Notes: generated by a model not told the origin, from the letters alone. Positions 7,615 to 14,846 are shown, counted from the first letter of the stretch. The stretch is DNA of 52,756 bases from a virus (IMGVR_UViG_3300017766_001124:1-52756), one strand, 5' to 3'. Numbers and translations: made by a program.

Positions 7615-9157
7615 TTAACAAGCCCTCTACTTTCATGATGCGTTCACCGATCCAGCGCATGACTGGCACGGCCATTGAGTTACCTAAAGCCTTATAGCGC
7701 GGCCCGTCTGGGCAGTCCTCCGCGCCCTTCTTGCGCCACGGGATGGCCGTGAAGTTGTCGGGGAAGCCTTGCAACCGCTCGCACTCAACGGGGGTCAGAC
7801 GGCGGACAGTGGACTGTTGCTGCGCAAACAGGCTGCCGTTCGTTGCGCTTGCGTTGCCGTTCCACTTTGTGCCGTAGGCTGCGGTCAGACAGTCTGCCGT
7901 TGGCTGGAACGCTTCACTGGGCACCATGACTGCGTATCGATCCGCGCCAGTGCTGAGGGTGGGGCTTTGCTCTTCGCTCAATCCGATGGTCCGCGCCTTC
8001 GCGCCCATCTTCCAATCAAACGCCACGGCGGGCTGCTGGCCACCACCATCCCCGCCTTTACGCAGTGTCGGGCTGGCGACAGGTTGAGCAACGTAATCTC
8101 CACCCTGATTTCCGCCAACTGGGCCGCCTGCCATCAATGGTTGCGCCACCTCAGTCTCGCGGGCCTTGTAATCCTTGCCGCTGTTCATGGGCATAATTGA
8201 ATAGGCTATCGCCTGCGTAACGGGACGAGCCTCTAAAGTGTAAGCAGCATCATCATCACGAAACCCGGCTCCATCGGGGCCAGCGTTGGGGTTCTCACAA
8301 ACTGCCCGCTCTTGGATGGCATAAGTGACGTGCATATGGCTGCTTTTGCTCATCGTTGGCGCAGGCATACCATCCTCAGCCTTTGAGCGATTGGTCTTGG
8401 ATGTAATTTGCGCAAGGTCAAACGGCACGATGTGTCCCTGCTCTGCGTCCTGCACAGACCGTGATCTTCCTGTTCTAGCGCATAACGAACCAACGCTTTC
8501 ACCAACCTGCGGATTGTGTTCGGTTATATCTCCGAAGAACCCGCTACACTGGTTAGCGCCGACCGTAAGGGTGTCGGAAGTTCTTTCCCCCTTTTTTCGG
8601 CTCGGCGCAGAATGCCCTTGCAAGCTGTGGCGCTCAAAAAGAACCGCTGCGGCACTGGCTGCGTCTCCAAGACATCCGACAACGAACACACGGCGGCGCC
8701 TCTGGGCCACTCCAAAGTACTGAGCGTCAAGCACTCTGTAGGCGAACCCATACCCGAGTTCGACCAAGCCCCCGAGTATGGAACCAAAGTCCCGTCCTCC
8801 ATTTGACGACAAGACGCCGGGGACGTTCTCCCAAACCACCCATCTGGGCCGTTTTCTCTGAGCAAGTTTAAGAAACTCAAGCGCCAAGTTGCCACGGTCA
8901 TCGTCCAAGCCTCCTCTGAGGCCAGCGACTGAGAAGGATTGGCAGGGGGTTCCTCCGACAAGAAGGTCAATTGCTCCATAGTCATCTTCTCCAATAGTTG
9001 TGAAATCTCCGTGTAGCGGCACGTCAGGATAATGGTGAGATAGGACAGCGCGTGGGAACGGCTCAATCTCACTGAAGAAAGCTGCCTCCCAGCCAAGGGG
9101 ATGCCACGCAGCGGTCGCGGCCTCAATCCCAGAGCAAACGCTGCCGTACCTAATCAT
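7607..9157 (-). CDS. DNA (cytosine-5)-methyltransferase
   Basis: Motifs I SVCSGIEA, IV GGTPCQSFS, VI WENVPG, VIII QRRRRVF, IX RRLTPVECERLQGFP, X RYKALGNS; true start ATG 9157 (MIRYGSVC). Confidence 0.95.
   Translation of the reverse strand: MIRYGSVCSGIEAATAAWHPLGWEAAFFSEIEPFPRAVLSHHYPDVPLHGDFTTIGEDDYGAIDLLVGGTPCQSFSVAGLRGGLDDDRGNLALEFLKLAQRKRPRWVVWENVPGVLSSNGGRDFGSILGGLVELGYGFAYRVLDAQYFGVAQRRRRVFVVGCLGDAASAAAVLFERHSLQGHSAPSRKKGERTSDTLTVGANQCSGFFGDITEHNPQVGESVGSLCARTGRSRSVQDAEQGHIVPFDLAQITSKTNRSKAEDGMPAPTMSKSSHMHVTYAIQERAVCENPNAGPDGAGFRDDDAAYTLEARPVTQAIAYSIMPMNSGKDYKARETEVAQPLMAGGPVGGNQGGDYVAQPVASPTLRKGGDGGGQQPAVAFDWKMGAKARTIGLSEEQSPTLSTGADRYAVMVPSEAFQPTADCLTAAYGTKWNGNASATNGSLFAQQQSTVRRLTPVECERLQGFPDNFTAIPWRKKGAEDCPDGPRYKALGNSMAVPVMRWIGERIMKVEGLLND
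8524..8979 (-). CDS. Overprinted ORF, M.EcoHK31I-beta-like MTase partner polypeptide
   Basis: Alternative frame inside the MTase, own GGAG RBS; WSNSGMGSPTECLTLSTLEWP...CSLSDVLET...FFLSATACKGILRRAEKRGKELP. Confidence 0.65.
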   Translation of the reverse strand: MEQLTFLSEEPPANPSQSLASEEAWTMTVATWRLSFLNLLRENGPDGWFGRTSPASCRQMEDGTLVPYSGAWSNSGMGSPTECLTLSTLEWPRGAAVCSLSDVLETQPVPQRFFLSATACKGILRRAEKRGKELPTPLRSALTSVAGSSEI

Positions 9158-9914
9158 TGTAATTGCCCTCCAGTATCTTTTGGAAATTAGCCTTCTTGAA
9201 CACCCAGTCAAACGTGCACCCGCGCCAGCCGTTATCGCCGCGCAAGAACGGGCTCCGCTCGATGCTGTTGAACACCGCCACAAAGTCCTCAAGCTTGTAT
9301 TGGGCCATCCGAGCCTTCAGCAGTGCACGCCGCTCCGGTGTCAGGTCACGAACCTTTGGCTTGCCAAGCTTGACTGCAACCTCATTCCAGACCTCAACAA
9401 CATCCTTCGGGTCGAACGTGTCTGAAACCTCGGTTTCGGACATACACTCGTTAGAGTGTATAATATCTTGGTTAGTGGTTAGTGGTTTATGGTTAGTGGT
9501 TAGGCTTTGTTTGGGTTCCTTTTGGGTTACCTCTGGCAAAGGCTTGGGTTTTTCTGGGATGGCTTTGGTATCAGTTTCGGATGCCGACGGGTTGGCTTTG
9601 GGGCGGCCACCGCGCTTGCCGTTCTCGCGCTGTTTCTCAAGAAACTTGCGGTAATTGTCGATCTCAGCGTCGCACCGATCATGCGCCCAGCGGTCATCCT
9701 CTGCGAGGCAGAAGAAGTCTTGAAGCACCTGAGTGACCTCTTGCACATGGTCGCGCATGCCGATCTGACGAGCCACGTCGGCCTCATCGCCAAACAGCTT
9801 CCCGTCGCGCAGGTAGTAGAGATCGAGCAGCCGACGATAGGCCAGATCCTCCATCAGTGAGAGGTGGCGCGTGTGGCTGGCGTAGTCGCCAATGTTGAAT
9901 TGGAAATAGTGCAT
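9150..9914 (-). CDS. Replication initiator, YdaU/DUF1376-like
   Basis: MHYFQFNIGDYASHTRHLSLMEDLAYRRLLDLYY; NGKRGGRP; C-terminal SPFLRG...W..TFDWVFKKANFQKILEGNY. Confidence 0.85.
   Translation of the reverse strand: MHYFQFNIGDYASHTRHLSLMEDLAYRRLLDLYYLRDGKLFGDEADVARQIGMRDHVQEVTQVLQDFFCLAEDDRWAHDRCDAEIDNYRKFLEKQRENGKRGGRPKANPSASETDTKAIPEKPKPLPEVTQKEPKQSLTTNHKPLTTNQDIIHSNECMSETEVSDTFDPKDVVEVWNEVAVKLGKPKVRDLTPERRALLKARMAQYKLEDFVAVFNSIERSPFLRGDNGWRGCTFDWVFKKANFQKILEGNYND
9468..9503. repeat. Short tandem TAGTGGT-type repeats, candidate replication origin
   Basis: ttggttagtggttagtggtttatggttagtggttagg in the initiator linker, next to an AT-rich patch, as for lambdoid origins inside the initiator gene. 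Confidence 0.5.
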
Positions 9915-9916
9915 TG

Positions 9917-9967
9917 TCAGGCCTCCGCGTCTTGCACGCAAAGGGACAACTGGGTATAACTCGTCAT
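9917..9967 (-). CDS. Putative 16-aa leader peptide coupled to the replication initiator
   Basis: AGGAGG RBS, MTSYTQLSLCVQDAEA, TGA ends 2 nt before the initiator ATG. Confidence 0.45.
   Translation of the reverse strand: MTSYTQLSLCVQDAEA
9932..9960 (+). promoter_or_regulatory. Antisense sigma70 promoter
   Basis: TTGCAC-N17-TATAAC pointing against the replication operon. Confidence 0.65.
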
Positions 9968-10035
9968 ATCAATGCCTCCTCTTCAGGCGTTGTATCGGGG
10001 TGGGACCGCCGCAACTCGGTCTCACCCCCAAACCT
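9966..10035 (+). ncRNA. Putative antisense RNA with two hairpins
   Basis: CAAUGCCU-CCUCUUC-AGGCGUUG and GGGGUGGGACCG-N8-CGGUCUCACCCC; each stem pairs fully (one G-U) only on the + strand. Confidence 0.55.
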
Positions 10036-10039
10036 TAAC

Positions 10040-10357
10040 TCAAGCGTAAATCTTCCGCAAGGCCTCCGGTGAGACCTTTGACTTGGCACGCAGACCAAGG
10101 TGGTGACGCACGCTCGTGTGATCCAATTCTAGGATGTGGGCGATCGTGTACGGATCATAGTCATACCTAAAGAAAAGCAGGGCTATGAACTCCTTTCGGG
10201 CCTCCACGATGTGCTTCAATCGGCTCTTGCCGAACACCTCTTCTGCGGAAACTTTATGCTTCCTACGCACGCGATCCATGGCAGGCTTGACCCCCTTGGG
10301 CATGATCAGCCCCTTGGGCACCTTGATCGGCATGGCGAGGAACTCTTCCAAAGTCAT
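10040..10357 (-). CDS. DnaA C-terminal (domain IV)-like HTH protein
   Basis: VSAEEVFGKSRLKHIVEARKEF...IAHILELDHTSVRH. Confidence 0.75.
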   Translation of the reverse strand: MTLEEFLAMPIKVPKGLIMPKGVKPAMDRVRRKHKVSAEEVFGKSRLKHIVEARKEFIALLFFRYDYDPYTIAHILELDHTSVRHHLGLRAKSKVSPEALRKIYA

Positions 10358-10696
10358 TTACGTCTCCAAGAAGGTTAAGTGGGGATAAAGTGCCTTGAAG
10401 ATGGCCTTGCGCAGGACGTAGTCAGAGGTCTTGAACCCCTTCACGTCCTCGCACACGTTCTTATCGCCCTCAAAATACTGGAAGTCCGGCCGCATCCCAA
10501 CACGCCTGCCGTTCTCGTGCTTGATCTGCCGGCCGTCGATCTCGAAGAAGAACTGCGGCTGCACCACTAGGTGGGTGATATGACCCGCCCGCTCTAGTAG
10601 ATGCAGCTCGTTGCAGCGCTTGGCCTCCTTGATGCTGTCATGGGTGTGGCCATGCAGACAGTCAGCCTTCTTAGCCCCGTACTTATGCCTTCTCAT
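10358..10696 (-). CDS. DUF1064-type PD-(D/E)XK endonuclease
   Basis: KYGAKK...HDSIKEAKR...QPQF...PDFQY...EDVKGFKTSDYVLRK. Confidence 0.8.
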   Translation of the reverse strand: MRRHKYGAKKADCLHGHTHDSIKEAKRCNELHLLERAGHITHLVVQPQFFFEIDGRQIKHENGRRVGMRPDFQYFEGDKNVCEDVKGFKTSDYVLRKAIFKALYPHLTFLET

Positions 10697-10886
10697 TGAT
10701 CAGGTCATCCAAAGCACGGCGCACTTTGACGTAGTTCTCCAGCGTCGGAGAGGCCTTCTCATTGCGCCACAGGCTGAGAACATTCTTCCCAATCCCAGAG
10801 CGCTCAGCAATGTGCCACGCCTTGATATTGTGCATTGCAGCATCTGCATAAATCCTGCTGATGAGTAGCTTCACGTCTTCGTTCAT
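10683..10886 (-). CDS. Cro-like HTH regulator
   Basis: IAERSGIGKNVLSLWRNEKASPTL; first gene of the leftward operon; AGGAGG RBS. Confidence 0.75.
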   Translation of the reverse strand: MNEDVKLLISRIYADAAMHNIKAWHIAERSGIGKNVLSLWRNEKASPTLENYVKVRRALDDLINEKA

Positions 10887-10904
10887 AAATCCTCCTTGTC
10901 ACAG

Positions 10905-10975
10905 CGCCATATACGCGCGTTTCACCGCATTGCAATTTTTTTCTTGACTGACGTGATGATTGGATTATTTTGGCC
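10905..10975. promoter_or_regulatory. Divergent promoter region
   Basis: Leftward TTGCAA-N16-TATATG and rightward TTGACT-N16-TATTTT back to back around a T-tract. Confidence 0.55.
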
Positions 10976-11004
10976 GCCTCAAACAATCAGAACTGGAGAC
11001 CTTT

Positions 11005-11559
11005 GTGAACGTATATCAGAAGCTCAACAATGCGCGCATGATGGTGCATGCGCAGCCCCTGAAGAAGACCGGAAAGAACACCTTTGCGGGTTACGAATAC
11101 TGGGAACTTAGCGACTATCTGCCGCAGTCATTGATCGCCTGCGAAGAGGTTGGCCTGTGCCCGATCATCTCGTTCGACAATGAGATTGCAACGATGCGAT
11201 TGGTGGACGTCGATACGGGAGAGGAGATCGTGATCACCTCGCCTATGGGATCGGCTGCATTGAAGGGCTGCCATGAAGTCCAGAACATCGGCGCAGTGGA
11301 GACCTACCAGTCTCGCTACCTCTGGCAGACTGCCATGCAGATCATAGAGCGTGACGTGCTCGAAGCTACCACTGGCCGCGATGCGCCTGAGAAGAAGCTT
11401 GCGACTGATGCACAGCTTGCTGAGTTGACCACCATGATTGAGGTGACCTCCACCGACGTTGCGTCCCTCTGCCGCTTCTACAAGGTTGATGCCTTGAGCA
11501 AATTGTCCACGGATCAGGCCGCGCACGCGATTGCAGCCGTCAAGAAGAAGGTGAAGTAA
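11005..11559 (+). CDS. ERF-family ssDNA annealing protein
   Basis: GGAG RBS plus GTG; KKTGKNTFAGYEY..LSD, QNIGAVETYQSRYL. Confidence 0.85.
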   Translation: MNVYQKLNNARMMVHAQPLKKTGKNTFAGYEYWELSDYLPQSLIACEEVGLCPIISFDNEIATMRLVDVDTGEEIVITSPMGSAALKGCHEVQNIGAVETYQSRYLWQTAMQIIERDVLEATTGRDAPEKKLATDAQLAELTTMIEVTSTDVASLCRFYKVDALSKLSTDQAAHAIAAVKKKVK

Positions 11560-11560
11560 C

Positions 11561-12169
11561 ATGATTGAGCAGAACACGCCTGAGTGGCATCAAGCCCGCT
11601 GTGGTTCCTTGGGAGCCTCTGCCGTCCATGACGCCCTAGCCAAGACCAAGTCTGGCTGGGGAGCGGGTCGAGCCAATGCAAAGGCCCGCATCGTTCTAGA
11701 GCGCCTCACAGGGACGCCGCAGGAAAGCTTCACCAACGCTGCTATGCAGTGGGGCCATGATCAGGAGGACAACGCAGCCAACGCCTACGCCTTCCTGACA
11801 GGCAATCCGGTTGAAGTGTGCGGTATCTATAAGCACCCGACCATTGAGGGCACACACGCCTCTCCTGACCGCCTTGTGGGCGACGATGGGCTGGTGGAGA
11901 TCAAGTGCCCCAACAGCGCAACGCATTTGGACACGCTGCTGACCAAGAAGGTGCCGGCCAAGTACATCACTCAGATGCAGTGGCAGATGGCTGTCACCGG
12001 CCGTAAGTGGTGCGACTTTGTGTCCTATGACCCGCGCTTCCCTGAAGAGCATCAGGTCTTCACCCAGCGCGTTGAGCGTGACGATGCCCGGATTGCGGAG
12101 CTTGAAAAGGATGTGGCTGAGTTCCTTGCGGAAGCAGAGGCCGATCTAAAGGCTCTCAATGAAGGTTAA
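11561..12169 (+). CDS. YqaJ/lambda-exonuclease-family recombination nuclease
   Basis: QNTPEWHQAR, AMQWGHDQE, ASPDRLV, VEIKCP, QMQWQM, WCDFVSYDPR. Confidence 0.9.
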   Translation: MIEQNTPEWHQARCGSLGASAVHDALAKTKSGWGAGRANAKARIVLERLTGTPQESFTNAAMQWGHDQEDNAANAYAFLTGNPVEVCGIYKHPTIEGTHASPDRLVGDDGLVEIKCPNSATHLDTLLTKKVPAKYITQMQWQMAVTGRKWCDFVSYDPRFPEEHQVFTQRVERDDARIAELEKDVAEFLAEAEADLKALNEG

Positions 12170-12512
12170 TCACAAGAGGATTAAGCCGAAGGCGGGGGCA
12201 GCGCCGACGGCTGAGGAGCGGCGTTTCTGGGATTGGTTGGCGGAATGCGCTTGCCTAGCCTGTGGACGCCGCCCCGTTACCCTCCATCATGTGACCAGCG
12301 ATGGTTACAAGCGTATCGCCCGAAGCCATAAGAGGGTCGCCCCACTCTGCGCCATGCACCACCTAATCCAGCACGGCCCTACCATCTCGGTAGAGGCATT
12401 GGGTCACAAGGGGTTCACTGAGCGCTGGGGGGTCGATCTACTGGCCGAAGCCGAGCAGCTCTGGGAGCAGTGGAATGAAGAGTGTAACTCTAAAGACCAA
12501 GGCGCAGCGTGA
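12159..12512 (+). CDS. Zn-binding HNH-like nuclease (Ref/DUF968-like)
   Basis: CLACG...LHHV...PLCAMHH. Confidence 0.65.
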   Translation: MKVNHKRIKPKAGAAPTAEERRFWDWLAECACLACGRRPVTLHHVTSDGYKRIARSHKRVAPLCAMHHLIQHGPTISVEALGHKGFTERWGVDLLAEAEQLWEQWNEECNSKDQGAA

Positions 12513-12882
12513 TTATGCCAAGCAGCTCATTGACGAAGCCCCGGATAACTATGTGGTGTCGTTCAAGGAGCGCACGCGCAGTCTCGACCAGAATGCCCTC
12601 ATGTGGGCGCTCTTGGAAGATATTGCGTCGGCAAAGCCTAATGGCCGGGATATGGACAAGGACACATGGAAAGCCGTGTTCCTGTTCGAGATCGGCATCA
12701 AATCACGCTTCCAGCCAAGCCTTAGCGGGGAGGGCATGGTCGTGATCCCCTCCAAGTCATCAACCCTATCTGTCAGCCAATTCTCCGAGCTGATCGAGTG
12801 TATCTATGCGTACGGAGCAACCAACGGCATCGTGTGGCGAGACTACACGCATGGCCTTATCGAAGAAAGAAACAAGAAATGA
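12475..12882 (+). CDS. ninB: NinB/Orf recombination protein
   Basis: RSLDQNALMWALLEDIA, WKAVF, SSTLSVSQFSELIECIYAYGA..GIVW. Confidence 0.85.
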   Translation: MKSVTLKTKAQRDYAKQLIDEAPDNYVVSFKERTRSLDQNALMWALLEDIASAKPNGRDMDKDTWKAVFLFEIGIKSRFQPSLSGEGMVVIPSKSSTLSVSQFSELIECIYAYGATNGIVWRDYTHGLIEERNKK

Positions 12883-13115
12883 GCGAACAAGTTAGCGCGG
12901 ATGAATTGCGCCTGCTGATTGAGCGGATCGAGACGCTAGAGGCTGAAAAGCAGGGCATCGCCGACGACGTAAAGGACACGTACAGCGAGGCCAAGTCTCG
13001 TGGTTACGACACAAAGATCATGCGCCAGATCGTCCGCCTGCGGAAGATGGAGGCACACGCACGTCAGGAAGCAGATCTGCTTCTGGACACCTATCGTTCA
13101 GCACTGGGGATTTGA
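12879..13115 (+). CDS. gapR: GapR (DUF2312) nucleoid-associated protein
   Basis: ADELRLLIERIETLEAEKQGIADDVKDTYSEAKSRGYDTKIMRQIVRLRK...Y..ALG. Confidence 0.9.
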   Translation: MSEQVSADELRLLIERIETLEAEKQGIADDVKDTYSEAKSRGYDTKIMRQIVRLRKMEAHARQEADLLLDTYRSALGI

Positions 13116-13116
13116 C

Positions 13117-13476
13117 ATGCAGGTAATGACAATCAGAGGAAACATCGGCAAGGACGGCGTCATCAAGGACGTGCGCGGCCGGGACGTGCTGTCGTTCTCA
13201 GTCGGCGTGAAGCAGGGCTTTGGGGACAACACGAGCACCAATTGGTATCGCGTGCAGGTTTGGGGCAAGCTTGCTCAGACCCTGCTTCCCAAGGCCGTCA
13301 AAGGCGTGGGCGTGATTGCGATCGGTGATTTGAAGATCGGGGACTACCAAGGCAAGCCCAGCTTTGACATTGACGCTACCAAGGTTGAGTTTATTGGCGC
13401 GCCAAAGGCGGAGGCCAAGCCTGCATATCAGCAGCCTAGCTTTGTAGAAGATCTGAACGACGACGTACCGTTTTAA
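13117..13476 (+). CDS. ssb: Single-stranded DNA-binding protein
   Basis: IRGNIGKD, FSVGV, TNWYRVQVWGK, acidic tail DLNDDVPF. Confidence 0.9.
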   Translation: MQVMTIRGNIGKDGVIKDVRGRDVLSFSVGVKQGFGDNTSTNWYRVQVWGKLAQTLLPKAVKGVGVIAIGDLKIGDYQGKPSFDIDATKVEFIGAPKAEAKPAYQQPSFVEDLNDDVPF

Positions 13477-13487
13477 GGGAGGGTGAC

Positions 13488-13730
13488 ATGGGGTGGTGGA
13501 GCATCTTTGAGAACGAAAAGCGGCTGAAGGATTTGAATGAAGAGCTTAACCTTTGCGCGGAGCACCGCAAACAAGGCTCGGCTGAAATCCAGAAGCTTCA
13601 GATCATCAACGCTGCGCTTAGGCGTGAGAATGAGATCCTTCGCAGAGACATCCACCACCTCATGGCTGATATACAGCCCAGAGACGCTAAAACGGGGCGT
13701 ATGCTACCAAAGGTGAAACATGCAGACTGA
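13488..13730 (+). CDS. Hypothetical coiled-coil protein
   Basis: GGAGGG RBS; C-terminal PRDAKTGRM. Confidence 0.6.
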   Translation: MGWWSIFENEKRLKDLNEELNLCAEHRKQGSAEIQKLQIINAALRRENEILRRDIHHLMADIQPRDAKTGRMLPKVKHAD

Positions 13731-13905
13731 CACTGACACAGCCCTTCTGGAGACCCTCAAAAAGGGTGAGGCCAGCCATGACGTGCTTATGGCCGCTCAC
13801 GATCGGCTCACAGAACTACTGAGGCAGAAGGGCGACATGTTCAAACAGCTCGTTGAGCAATTGAACGAGATCGACGCCCTGAAAGACCAGTTAAAAAAGA
13901 ATTAA
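13720..13905 (+). CDS. Hypothetical coiled-coil protein
   Basis: 61 aa, overlaps previous gene. Confidence 0.55.
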   Translation: MQTDTDTALLETLKKGEASHDVLMAAHDRLTELLRQKGDMFKQLVEQLNEIDALKDQLKKN

Positions 13906-13915
13906 CATTTTTCCC

Positions 13916-13982
13916 TTTACAAGGTGAAAAGCATCTGCCATATCGGACTGGTCAACGGGGCTGCGGCCCCACAACAGGAGAC
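13916..13982 (+). promoter_or_regulatory. Early promoter plus hairpin leader (copy 4)
   Basis: TTTACA-N17-CATATC ... GGTCAAC-GGGGC-TGCG-GCCCC-ACAACAGGAG, near-identical leader to 3625-3660. Confidence 0.65.
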
Positions 13983-13987
13983 AAGAG

Positions 13988-14416
13988 ATGGAACTGTTTT
14001 TTGATTATCGTGATGATCTGGTGGATCTGGGTCGGGATGAAGACGGCGAAGTTGTCGTCGGTCGTTCGTTTTACGTAGTGGCTGAAGACGATGCCGGTCA
14101 TCGTTGGGCTCATTCTCATTCGTTTCTGGATCACGTTCGTGCTGTTGATGAAGATGGCGCTCGTTATTGGGCTCGTCGCTCTTTTGCTGAAGTAGAAGAT
14201 GCAGCAGTTCGTCTTCGTGATCGTATCGCCGCTCACGTGGCTGCCGGTGGTCGTTTGGACGCATCTCTTTGGGTCGAGATTGATCCAGCTTACGGTTCAG
14301 CGGCTTATCAGGAGCTGGACGCAGTCGGTTATTTCGGAGCGCGTGAGCGTCATCAGGCCCGCGAAGCAGGCGAAGCGGTTCCTTTCGATCAAGCTATCGA
14401 CGTTCATTTTGCTTAA
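13988..14416 (+). CDS. Early protein of unknown function lacking Lys/Asn/Thr/internal Met
   Basis: 142 aa, strong RBS and own promoter; only 3 A-starting codons after ATG; DPAYGSAAY motif. Confidence 0.8.
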   Translation: MELFFDYRDDLVDLGRDEDGEVVVGRSFYVVAEDDAGHRWAHSHSFLDHVRAVDEDGARYWARRSFAEVEDAAVRLRDRIAAHVAAGGRLDASLWVEIDPAYGSAAYQELDAVGYFGARERHQAREAGEAVPFDQAIDVHFA

Positions 14417-14454
14417 TCCAATGGGGCTTCGGCCCCACCCTTTTGGAGGATGTC

Positions 14455-14628
14455 ATGGTTAGAGCAGCATCATATTACGACTATCGCAGTGGCCAGTACG
14501 CCGTTCTTGTGATCGAAAACATCGGCAACGGCACTCGTGAGCAAGTTGATGAAATCGTCATCCCACGCGGCAAGCGCTCAGCTCGCAAGTGGGCCAAGGA
14601 TCTCAACGCAACGCCGTGGAACTTCTGA
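14455..14628 (+). CDS. Hypothetical protein
   Basis: GGAGG RBS preceded by GGGGC-UUCG-GCCCC hairpin; ends GKRSARKWAKDLNATPWNF. Confidence 0.65.
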   Translation: MVRAASYYDYRSGQYAVLVIENIGNGTREQVDEIVIPRGKRSARKWAKDLNATPWNF

Positions 14629-14780
14629 TGTACGTGATCTGGGGACGCAAGGCCAACGGCAACGCCGTCAAGTGCTTCACATGGCGCGGAGAGGCCTCAC
14701 AGGGCGTCCAGAGGGCCTACAGAGAGGCTAAGGACTGGGACTATGATCTGGCCTATTGCTGGGCTGAGGAGGTGCTATGA
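14628..14780 (+). CDS. Hypothetical protein (MYVIWG...)
   Basis: TGATG coupling to previous ORF. Confidence 0.55.
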   Translation: MYVIWGRKANGNAVKCFTWRGEASQGVQRAYREAKDWDYDLAYCWAEEVL

Positions 14781-14846
14781 AGGGCAAACAACGGTTTAAC
14801 GCTGGGCCATTTGAGGATGCGCTGCAAATGCCCATCCCCGAAATGG

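Noticed and set aside
9158-9292. N-terminal extension of the methyltransferase in the ORF track
   Set aside because: It overlaps the initiator C-terminus; motif I begins right after ATG 9157.
9960-10040. tRNA gene in the structured intergenic region
   Set aside because: No cloverleaf, TTC-loop or CCA end; two simple hairpins fit better. No tRNA was recognised in other gaps either.
5845-13730. RDxxGR motif shared by two small proteins (RDEKGRF, RDAKTGRM)
   Set aside because: Too short and common in phage proteins to support a claim from two copies.
13917-14264. Minus-strand ORFs opposite the ANN-free gene as the cause of its odd composition
   Set aside because: They translate to low-complexity sequence without RBS or promoter and look like by-products of the bias, although a contribution cannot be fully excluded.
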